From assembly GCA_046598045.1 (NCBI GenBank), contig JBKJJJ010000021.1, positions 1 to 45,161 of the forward strand: a DNA stretch of 45,161 nucleotides. Direction: 5' to 3'. The notes under the pieces are model-generated. The model was given only the letters and a program-made list of their open reading frames with translations, ran no database searches and was not told where the DNA came from. The stretch comes from Candidatus Eiseniibacteriota bacterium. GTDB lineage: Bacteria > Eisenbacteria > RBG-16-71-46 > DASYSL01. Both the position numbers and the translations under genes were made by a program. This document shows positions 37,348 through 45,161 of this stretch, one piece after another. Position 1 is the stretch's first letter. Each line of letters opens with the position of its first letter.

Positions 37348-39399
37348 CTACCGAACTATGATCCCCTTGGTAGTAAGGACGCCGTCGGAGCGGACAAGTC
37401 GAACCCAATACACGCCAACACCGAGCTTCTCGGACTCGTCCAGCCGAAGCACGTGGGCGCCCGGCCCCAACACACCCACTTCGCGCGAGAACACTTGGCG
37501 TCCTCGTACGTCATGAACCTGGAGGCTCGCCGGTTGCGCATCGGGCAGGCTGAAGGAGATCGCTGCCGACTCGAGGGCGGGATTCGGCTGAAAACCCTCA
37601 AGCGCCAGGCTGGTCACAGCCGTTACGTCCACCCAGACCGGATCGCTGAATCGCGGTGTCGAATCCTGAATATAGCGGAGCCGGTACGAATACCGACCCG
37701 GCGGGACCGACTCGTCGTCGTACACCAGGAGATCTTTCCCCTCGAGCCGGGGCGCTCCCAAGACGATCCACTCTTCACCATCGACGGATCTCTCGATGGT
37801 CGCCTGGAGAGAAGCCGCATCACTTGCCTGCCAGCGCAAGGTGACACGCCCGGACTGGACGTCATAGTCGACAAGAGAAAGCAGGGTTGGCACCGGGCCG
37901 CCGTCGCTCGTGAGCTTTTGCGCGTAGAGGCCACGGCTGCCCTCGTGCCAGACGACGATCGCCTGTCCCGGACCTACAGCAATGATCGCGGGCTCCCAGC
38001 GATTCACGGGGGTGGGCAGGATGGGTTTGCCTTCGGGTCCCCACCCGGGATCGATGGATCCATCTGCGCGAACATGCTGAACCCAGACTCCGGTGATGGC
38101 TCCGCCGTAGCTGTCGAAAGCCACGAAGGCTCCGCCGTCGCCGTCCGGAGCGATTCCGGGGAACTTGCCGTAGCTCTGGTTTCCCGGGACAGTGCTCACG
38201 CGCACGCCATCGGCGGGCCAGCCGGGGGCAATGCTCGCCGGCGGTCCCAGGAGCGTCCGTCCGATGTGGACCTTCTCCCCGTAGTCCTGTGGCTCGAAGC
38301 GCTCAACCAGCCATGCGTGAAGGAATCCATCGGCAGGATCGGATGTGCTGACCAGCATGCGACGGGAGCAAAACTGGGGGCCACTGCAGGAACCAAGGAT
38401 GACGGACGGATCGAGCTGGGCGTCGGGGGAGGCTCGTCGATCCACGATGACATTCTGGGTTGGAGTATAGGAGACAGCAGAGATCATTGCACCATCATGC
38501 CCGTCGGGCTGAAGATTGAGATTGAAAACATTTCCGCTGAGCGCTTGCAATCCCAACGCCGGCCAGCCACTCTCGATCGCTCCCCCTGCCGTCACGCGTT
38601 GCAAGCGTCCCCCCTCGGGCGAAACCCAAGCCAGGAAGAGGCCGCCGCCTGGGGCAGGTATCACATGCTGATCGGATTGGTATCCGGGGCGCTGGACAAT
38701 CGGGATGCCATCGCTCTGCCAACCGGGGGCGAGTGTTCCGAGAGAGGTGATGTGCTGCACGAACACGTCACGCCCGAACGATGGTTCGGGTTCCTGCTGG
38801 TTCCAGGCCAGGTAGGCACCACCCGACCCGTCCGTCGCGAGTCTGGCATCGTAAGCGTACGTCGGATTCGTACAGCAGGCTTTGTACCCGGCCTGGGGCC
38901 AGCCCGGAGCAATCCCGCCATCGGGGAGGACCCGCGTGGCGAAGATCCCCAGTACACCTGCGTCGGAGCCGATCCACGAAACGAGTGCGCCGCCGAATCC
39001 GTCGGGGACGAGATCCGACACAAAGTAATTCGATGCCGTGGCACTTGAAATCAGGTTGCCGTTGGCAAGCCACCCGGGCGCGACCGCTCCACTGGAAGTG
39101 AGATGCTGCAGGTAGATCCGTCTGACGGAAGAACCTCCGTGACCCCCTTGGGACGCTCGACCATCCGTCCAGGCAATGAATACTCCGCCTGCGCCGTCGG
39201 AGGCAATCTTCACGTCCCCTCCGCCGAGCGCGGTGGCCTGCACCCCGCCCGGTGACCAATCCGCATCCGATTCCCTTGGAATAAAAAGCAGCCATGCCGC
39301 CAGGCTGACCTTGATGATCCGTCGGGCAAGGAGACCTCCGGGAAGGGAGAACCTCCCGGTACCGAATGACCGCGCGCGATTGCAGGAGTGAGTATTCAT
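37348..39399 (-). CDS. Secreted repeat protein (DGxGG / PGWPxxG units) with C-terminal FlgD/T9SS-type domain
   Basis: Repeated DGxGG[AV].[IV].W and APGW.xDG units; tail QPNP...HDVRGR...VGVYWVRL...KGIIVR; start uncertain; less GC-biased codons. Confidence 0.82.
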   Translation of the reverse strand: MNTHSCNRARSFGTGRFSLPGGLLARRIIKVSLAAWLLFIPRESDADWSPGGVQATALGGGDVKIASDGAGGVFIAWTDGRASQGGHGGSSVRRIYLQHLTSSGAVAPGWLANGNLISSATASNYFVSDLVPDGFGGALVSWIGSDAGVLGIFATRVLPDGGIAPGWPQAGYKACCTNPTYAYDARLATDGSGGAYLAWNQQEPEPSFGRDVFVQHITSLGTLAPGWQSDGIPIVQRPGYQSDQHVIPAPGGGLFLAWVSPEGGRLQRVTAGGAIESGWPALGLQALSGNVFNLNLQPDGHDGAMISAVSYTPTQNVIVDRRASPDAQLDPSVILGSCSGPQFCSRRMLVSTSDPADGFLHAWLVERFEPQDYGEKVHIGRTLLGPPASIAPGWPADGVRVSTVPGNQSYGKFPGIAPDGDGGAFVAFDSYGGAITGVWVQHVRADGSIDPGWGPEGKPILPTPVNRWEPAIIAVGPGQAIVVWHEGSRGLYAQKLTSDGGPVPTLLSLVDYDVQSGRVTLRWQASDAASLQATIERSVDGEEWIVLGAPRLEGKDLLVYDDESVPPGRYSYRLRYIQDSTPRFSDPVWVDVTAVTSLALEGFQPNPALESAAISFSLPDAQPASLQVHDVRGRQVFSREVGVLGPGAHVLRLDESEKLGVGVYWVRLVRSDGVLTTKGIIVR

Positions 39400-39599
39400 C
39401 GGGCTTGAAACTCCGATCTCCCGAGCGATTGGATTGAACCGGCAAGCGCCCGTCGCGAAGGGCTCGGGCGGATAGGAGCGGCACCTCGCGGCGATCTGCC
39501 CCGTGGAGCCGCCCCGGCGGCATGCCACCGGAAAGCGGGGGTTGATCATACCCAAATCCGGCGGTGTAGTGGAGAGTCGTGGAATCAGCCGGGGCCTAC

Positions 39600-39910
39600 T
39601 TCGAAGGCGTTCAACCGGAAGTCGCGTCCCTCAAGGACTGCCGCGCCCGCCTCGGGAAGCAGCAAGAGCACCTCGCCATTCCTCGCTCGATCTCGACGAA
39701 GACACTCGCATGCCCAAGGACTTGAATGGCGGGTTCGAATCTGGTCTCACCCCAGAACGAAAACACCTCCTCCACCGATTGGTGAAAGAGGTGCGCGTAC
39801 AATCCCCTGATGCGGCTGAGGTTTGGTACGCCTTTCCTCGGCCCGTAGCCCGGGAAGGTCGGACGCAGACAGCCACATATGGCTCGCCGCATGGGTCCGT
39901 GCGAACCGCC
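39600..39910 (+). mobile_element. Frameshifted C-terminal remnant of a probable large serine recombinase (copy D, longest)
   Basis: EVASLKDCRARLGKQQEHL (coiled-coil-like), then DLNGGFESGLTPERKHLLHRLVKEVRVQSPDAAEVWYAFP, then RQPHMA in a shifted frame; shares sequence with copies A and C. Confidence 0.65.
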
Positions 39911-40037
39911 CAAGCTATTGGGAATTCGCTCTCGCTGTACGGATCATGATGCGAGTCTGGTCGGGGGCTCGCCGGAGCCGGAAATCACGACCCTCACGTT
40001 CGATTCAGCGCTCATGCTGCGCGTCCCGTCAGGCAGG

Positions 40038-40550
40038 CTACTTCGCCCTGCGCGGGTCATCGGCCGGATTCACGTAGGTGATTCCCCACGGGCCCATCCC
40101 GTGCAGCTGGATCACCGTCTCGCCCGTCACCCAGGCATAGTGCTTCATGTGTGGCCCCATCCAGGCGAACGACCCGGGCGCGTAAGCCTGTCCGGCAGTC
40201 TCGTCGAACTTCTCGCCCATGCCCAGGTGGAACATGCCGGACATCACGGTCACGTGCTCCACGCCCGGATGCCAGTGCGCCGGGATCCGGTAGCCATCCG
40301 GCATCCTCGCCCGGAACGTGAACGGACCCGGCTTGAACGGATTGCCCTCGAGCATCGCCACCTCAGCCCCCGCGGGAAGCGACGGAGGACCAGGTCCCCA
40401 ATGCAAGCTCTCGGGGGCACATGTGCCGAACTTGGGCGCAGAGGTCGAGTGCTGCGCCATCTTGGTCTTGGTCGACTCCATGGCGGTCGCAGCGGAGGCG
40501 GCGACGGCCACGAGGGCGATCAGACTCAGCGTGGGGAGGAGACGTCGCAT
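40038..40550 (-). CDS. Secreted cupin-domain protein
   Basis: Signal peptide MRRLLPTLSLIALVAVAASAATA; LEGNP, PAHWHPGVEHVTVMSG, MKHYAW, GPWGITYVNP. Confidence 0.9.
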   Translation of the reverse strand: MRRLLPTLSLIALVAVAASAATAMESTKTKMAQHSTSAPKFGTCAPESLHWGPGPPSLPAGAEVAMLEGNPFKPGPFTFRARMPDGYRIPAHWHPGVEHVTVMSGMFHLGMGEKFDETAGQAYAPGSFAWMGPHMKHYAWVTGETVIQLHGMGPWGITYVNPADDPRRAK

Positions 40551-40768
40551 GGGAGGTGATCCTTTCCTGGTTGGGGGTGTCCGTGTGGAACGGCACGAGT
40601 CTATCCCAACGACTGTTTCCAACAAGCCCCGTTTGGGACGTGCCCGGCGGGAACCGGGACCCCGAAGTTCGTCGCGAGCCGGGTGACGGCGAGGAGTCCC
40701 GGGCGGTGGTGCACCAGGTGCCCGCAGCCTCGGCCAGCCGTCTCCGCAGGTCTCTTCCTCCCGCGACC

Positions 40769-40788
40769 TGGCTCGGGGCGTTGGTCTG
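40769..40788 (+). repeat. Short copy of the att-like motif (copy E)
   Basis: TGGCTCGGGGCGTTGGTCTG vs TGGCTGGGGCGTTGGTCTG (37289-37307): identical apart from one inserted C. Confidence 0.55.
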
Positions 40789-41016
40789 CGCCTGACTGAA
40801 GGTTTGGGCTCGCCGACCCTCCCACATCCAAACGGTAGCTCCCTTGAACTTGTCAGGCGACGTGCCACCCCTCTTGGGGCCGCGCAGTGAGCCCAGGCGT
40901 GCCTTGCTTGACCTCCCCCTGCCCGATCCAGTACCCTTTTCGGCGTCCTCGTGGTGCCCATCCCGCCGGCACTCCCGTCCTTCGAACCACCGAAAACTTG
41001 GCAGGGGAGTCCACTC

Positions 41017-44000
41017 ATGTGCCTCCGGTCTCTTCGCTCCCCCGCCCGCGCTCGCGTGCGCTCGGCCATCCTCGGAGCGGCCATCCTCGCGCTCACGAGC
41101 ATCCTGCACCCGGACGGCGCGAAGGCGCAGTCGAGGACGATGGTCCTCGGCGAGCACGCGACCCTGGCAGGGTCCGCGGTCGTGAACTTCCAGGAACTGG
41201 CGCGCAAGCAGGCCCTCGATCTCGCGCCGAAGCCCGCGGTGCGGCCGCTCTTGAATGACGTCCTCGAGGAGACGGAGGGCGAGCCGGGCGCGGAAGGCAC
41301 AGCCCCCGCACCGATCGAGTCCTCGGGACTTCCGTTCATGCCCTTCGCGGCCTCGCCGTCGGCGAGCGCGAGCTTCATGGGCCTCGACGACATTCCGATG
41401 GTGGACTCGAGCTACATCGTCATTCCTCCGGATGTCGATGGCGCGGTCGGACCGAGCAAGATCCTGCAGGGGCTCAACAACAATTACCGAATTCTCGACA
41501 AGTCGACCGGGGCCGTGCTCAGCACCGTCGGCACGGCGACGTTCTGGGCGCCGACGGGCGAGACCGCGTTGAACGGACTGACCGATCCGCGCACGCTCTA
41601 TGATCCAATCAACAATCGATGGATCGTCGAAATGCAGACGGTGACGACGGGCGCCGGCGACATCCTGGTCGGCGTCTCCCAGACGAGCGACCCCAGCGGT
41701 AACTGGTTTCTGTATCGCTTCGCCACCGCGGCCACGATCGACTTCCCGATCGTCGGCTTCAACAAGAACTGGCTCGTGATCGCCATCAATCGCTACAGCG
41801 CCGGCGGCAGTTTCCAGCGCGGGATCAGCCTGGTGGTCAATTATCCCCTGGCGCGCGCCGGCACCGGAAGCGCGACGACCTTCACGCAGGCGGCGGGCAC
41901 GCACTTCTGCACCAGCCCCTGCGCGACCTATTCGGCCACCTCGGACACGCTCTATCTCGTCACCCACTTGAGCAGCGCGAGCGCGACCTACGCGCTCGAC
42001 ATGATCACCGGAACCTCGGCCGCCCCGGTTTACTCGAGCGGCGGCTCGCTCACGCGGGCCGGTGGCGGATGGGTGCAGCCAAGCGGAAACCTGCTTCCCC
42101 AGAGCGCGCCGAACTCGGGGACGAGCGCGTGCGGCGCCACGCCCTGCCCGATCGAAGTGCAGGACGCCCAGGTGCGGACGGCGCCTGTCTACCGGGGTGG
42201 ATTCATCTACTACGCGCAGACGGTCGGCCTGCCGTCCACCGGACTCACGCACACGGGGTTGCAATGGACCAAGCTGAACACGCCGAGCGGCACCGTCGCC
42301 GACGGCGGACGGCTTGAAGACCCGACGGCGACCGCGACCAACGGCGGCAAGTGGTACTCCCATCCGCATATCGCGGTCGCCTCCAACGGCGACTTCATGG
42401 TCGGCTTCGGCCAGTTCGCCTCCAATCAGCACCCGGGCGCGGGCTACGCGATGCACCTCGCCGCCGATGCCGCCGGGACGATCCGCGACGCCTCGATCTA
42501 TCACGCGGGCGAGGACTACTACCACAAGACCTTCTCGACTGCGACCGGCCGCAACCGCTGGGGCGACTACAGCAAGGTACAGGTCGATCCCAATGACGAC
42601 CGCACGCTCTGGACCCTGAACGAGTACGGCAAGACGCGGACCGGCACGGACGATGGAAACGGCGGAGCCAACTCGAGCCGCTGGTCGACCTGGTGGGCCG
42701 CCGTCGCCGGCCCGCCGCCCACCGTGACGCTGGACGCCGGACCGAGCCAGAACGAGGGCAACGCCGGGCTCAGCGCCTTTACTTTCACGGCACGATTGTC
42801 GACCGCCTACAGCCTTCCGGTCACGGTGACGTATCAGACCGCCGACGGTTCGGCGACGGCGGGAAGTGATTATCAATCGGCCAGCGGCTCGATCACGATT
42901 CCGGCCGGAGCCTCGACCGGGACGATCCCGGTCAACGTGATCGGCGACACCGCTTGCGAGCCGAACGAAACGTTCACGTTGACGCTCACGGGCGCCACCA
43001 ACGCGACTCTGGGATCGCCGGTCGTGTCCACGGGCGGAATTCTCAATGACGATGCAGTCACGATCACGGCCTCGGCCGGTCCCAATGGCAGCATCAGCCC
43101 GGGCGGCGCGGTGGTCGTTGCCTGCGGCGCGAACCCGACCTTCTCGATCACGCCCAATGCCGGCTATCACGTCGCCGACGTGCAGGTCGATGGGAGCTCG
43201 GTGGGCCCGGTGGCGAGCTATGCGTTCACAAACGTGCAGGCGAATCACACGATCGCCGCGAGCTTCGCGATCGACTCCTTCACGATCACGGCCTCGGCCG
43301 GAGCCAACGGCAGCATCAGCCCGACGGGCGCGGTGACGGTCAACTCGGGAGGCAACCAGGGTTTCACGATCACACCCAATTCCGGTTACAGCATCTCGGA
43401 CGTCCTCGTGGATGGCAGCTCGGTCGGGGCGCTGGCGAGTTACACGTTCACGAACGTGCAGGCCAACCATACGATCACGGCCTCCTTCGCCGACGCCGGA
43501 CTGCCCGTGGTGCAGGTGCTGGCGCCGAACGGGGGCGAGACCTTCGCGGCCGGCGGGTCGACCTCCATCACCTGGTCGGCGTCGGACAACGTCGGGGTGA
43601 CCAGCGTGGACGTGGACTATTCCCTGGATCAGGGCGGAAGCTGGACCAGCGTGGCAGCGGGCGTGGCGAACACGGGCTCGGTGGCCTGGAGCATCCCGAA
43701 TGCGCCCACGGTCCAGGGCCTGGTGCGGGTGACGGCGCATGATGGTGCAGGCAATACCGGCTTCGACACGAGCGATTCCAACTTCACCATCGCGGATCAG
43801 ACCGGTCCCGTCGTGACCGTCCTCTCCCCCAATGGGGGAGAGAGCTTCGCGCCCGGCTCACTTCAGAGTGTGACCTGGACCGCTTCCGATAACGTGGGCA
43901 TCGATTCGGTGAATGTCGACTATTCCCTGAACGGGACGCCCGGCCCCTGGGTGCCAATCCAGCACGGACTCGCCAACTCGGGCACCGTCTCCTGGAGCGT

Positions 44001-44412
44001 GCCGGGGACGGCCTCGGACAGCGCGCTTGTCCAGGTCACCGCGTTCGATCATGCCCTGAACCAGACGAGTGACCTGAGCGACAGTCTCTTCCAGATCCAG
44101 AACGCGGCGACGGCAGTGGAGTCGGGCTCGGAGTTCCGCTTCGCGCTCCATCCTGCGGTGCCCAGCCCGACCCGCGGGGCGGTCCAGCTGCGCTTTTCGC
44201 TCGCCGTCCCCGGTACCGCCCGGTTCGATATCTTCGATTTGGGGGGCCGCAGGATATGGCATTCCGATGCGACATCGCTCGGCGTGGGCGAGCACGCCCT
44301 GATGTGGCCGGGATTGGATGAGCGCGGCACTCCCGCGACACCCGGAATCTATTTCGTCCGTCTGACCCAGGTCGCTCGCAGCCAGACCATCAAGCTCGTG
44401 ATCCTCCGGTAG
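41017..44412 (+). CDS. Large secreted modular protein: N-terminal PPD...RWGDY domain, Calx-beta, two divergent InlB-B-like repeats, two PNGGE Ig-like repeats, FlgD/T9SS-type tail
   Basis: IPPDVDGAVGP, DPRTLYD, RWGDYS; EGN...TADGSATAGSDY...NETF; 2x ITASAG.NGSISP...NVQANHTI.ASF; 2x PNGGE...W.ASDNVG; tail FDLGGR...WPGLD...PGIYFVRL...KLVILR. Confidence 0.9.
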   Translation: MCLRSLRSPARARVRSAILGAAILALTSILHPDGAKAQSRTMVLGEHATLAGSAVVNFQELARKQALDLAPKPAVRPLLNDVLEETEGEPGAEGTAPAPIESSGLPFMPFAASPSASASFMGLDDIPMVDSSYIVIPPDVDGAVGPSKILQGLNNNYRILDKSTGAVLSTVGTATFWAPTGETALNGLTDPRTLYDPINNRWIVEMQTVTTGAGDILVGVSQTSDPSGNWFLYRFATAATIDFPIVGFNKNWLVIAINRYSAGGSFQRGISLVVNYPLARAGTGSATTFTQAAGTHFCTSPCATYSATSDTLYLVTHLSSASATYALDMITGTSAAPVYSSGGSLTRAGGGWVQPSGNLLPQSAPNSGTSACGATPCPIEVQDAQVRTAPVYRGGFIYYAQTVGLPSTGLTHTGLQWTKLNTPSGTVADGGRLEDPTATATNGGKWYSHPHIAVASNGDFMVGFGQFASNQHPGAGYAMHLAADAAGTIRDASIYHAGEDYYHKTFSTATGRNRWGDYSKVQVDPNDDRTLWTLNEYGKTRTGTDDGNGGANSSRWSTWWAAVAGPPPTVTLDAGPSQNEGNAGLSAFTFTARLSTAYSLPVTVTYQTADGSATAGSDYQSASGSITIPAGASTGTIPVNVIGDTACEPNETFTLTLTGATNATLGSPVVSTGGILNDDAVTITASAGPNGSISPGGAVVVACGANPTFSITPNAGYHVADVQVDGSSVGPVASYAFTNVQANHTIAASFAIDSFTITASAGANGSISPTGAVTVNSGGNQGFTITPNSGYSISDVLVDGSSVGALASYTFTNVQANHTITASFADAGLPVVQVLAPNGGETFAAGGSTSITWSASDNVGVTSVDVDYSLDQGGSWTSVAAGVANTGSVAWSIPNAPTVQGLVRVTAHDGAGNTGFDTSDSNFTIADQTGPVVTVLSPNGGESFAPGSLQSVTWTASDNVGIDSVNVDYSLNGTPGPWVPIQHGLANSGTVSWSVPGTASDSALVQVTAFDHALNQTSDLSDSLFQIQNAATAVESGSEFRFALHPAVPSPTRGAVQLRFSLAVPGTARFDIFDLGGRRIWHSDATSLGVGEHALMWPGLDERGTPATPGIYFVRLTQVARSQTIKLVILR

Positions 44413-44426
44413 GTCCCGTCCCGGAG

Positions 44427-44462
44427 CGGCGGCCATTCCCATTTCGATGGAGATGGCCGCCG
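44427..44462 (+). terminator. GC-rich hairpin after the large gene
   Basis: CGGCGGCCAT...CCAT-TTCG-ATGG...ATGGCCGCCG; no U tract. Confidence 0.45.
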
Positions 44463-44638
44463 GCCGCGAGGCCGGCCTGCACTTCGTGGCAAAAGCGGCC
44501 CGCACCACTACGATCCGTTCGCGTGCGTCCCCTCCGCCACCCCGTCCCCCTCCCACCACCGCTTGGCACCCGCCGTGTCCCACCACCGCGGGTCCTCATA
44601 GCCCCCGGCGTCCATAGACCGCCGCCCCTCCGCGTTCG

Positions 44639-44734
44639 TCACTGGATACCGTCCGATCCTGAACTGACTCCGCCCATTCCGCCCGCGCCGAGCTCACGCT
44701 CGATCCGGAAGTGCTTGAGGGTCCTTCCGATCAT
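44639..44734 (-). pseudogene. 31-codon stump of a Ser/Thr kinase N-terminus
   Basis: MIGRTLKHFRIERELGAGGMGGV, the typical Hanks kinase start with glycine loop, then unrelated residues and a stop. Confidence 0.75.
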
Positions 44735-44878
44735 CGGTCGTGCGGATCGAAGGGGGGCGACCCGCGGGCGAGCCTCAAGGTGCTGCGAATCCAGTAGTTG
44801 GCCCGGGGGTCCAGTCGGCCGGTTCGGGAGCCGATGACTGGAGAAACTCCCGCGCCATCCCCCGGAGATTCGCGAACC

Positions 44879-45161
44879 ATGGACCGATCGCCGACGACGC
44901 CAAATCCGCCCTCGCGCAAACTGGCCCCGCCGGCCCAGGCTGCAGCGGACTGGTTCAGGCTTCTGGCGCGCACATTCAAGGTGAGGCGCCTCTACCGCCC
45001 TGACAATCCGATCCTCGCGCAGATGCGCGAGCAACTTCACCGCACCCTCGCGGACGACCTGCGCCGCCATGGCGCGTGGAACTTCCAGGTCACCCCTTCG
45101 GAGATCCTGCTCGGCGACGAGTTCGTCATCCGCCCCCGCCGTTCGATCGACGGCCAGGACG
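44879..45161 (+). CDS. 5' part of a hypothetical protein (possibly HEAT-repeat type); runs off the window
   Basis: GGAG then ATG 44879; open to the end: MDRSPTTP...WFRLLARTFKVRRLYRPDNPIL...FQVTPSEILLGDEFV. Confidence 0.65.
   Translation, partial: MDRSPTTPNPPSRKLAPPAQAAADWFRLLARTFKVRRLYRPDNPILAQMREQLHRTLADDLRRHGAWNFQVTPSEILLGDEFVIRPRRSIDGQD

Noticed and set aside
37141..39048. 635-aa plus-strand ORF
   Set aside because: Antisense to the repeat/CTD protein 37348..39399; no independent signal.
40363..43740. 1125-aa minus-strand ORF
   Set aside because: Antisense to the well-supported 41017..44412 gene.
1..45161. CRISPR array, integron attC sites, rRNA/tRNA genes, known riboswitches
   Set aside because: No regularly spaced identical repeats, no tyrosine integrase or evident attC pattern, mixed cargo orientation, and no recognisable structured-RNA consensus by eye.

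Overview
High-GC bacterial window. The many secreted proteins with FlgD/T9SS-type C-terminal domains or a WGxxKxxYR tail, plus Hanks-type kinases, suggest an FCB-associated lineage such as Ca. Eisenbacteria (inference). It opens with housekeeping genes: an Sdh1-type succinate dehydrogenase operon with a translationally coupled fourth gene, and a sulfurtransferase. The rest is a patchwork of mostly standalone accessory genes: beta-propeller/FG-GAP/Calx-beta surface proteins, S8 and S9 peptidases, two Ser/Thr kinases, cupins, a truncated haemoglobin, a frameshifted MFS transporter and a MacAB-like module lacking its ATPase. Three things stand out. (1) A compact exosortase-H-type operon whose IPTL-CTERM-like substrate has almost no passenger domain. 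(2) Two unrelated secreted proteins ending in the same short WGxVKAxYR tail, a candidate uncharacterised sorting signal. (3) Up to five decayed copies of what looks like a large-serine-recombinase 3' end/att-like motif interleaved between cargo genes (23-41 kb), alongside an IS3 remnant and several gene stumps, suggesting an accretion hotspot. No rRNA, tRNA or CRISPR array was found. Family assignments come from motif recognition only; no database search was run.
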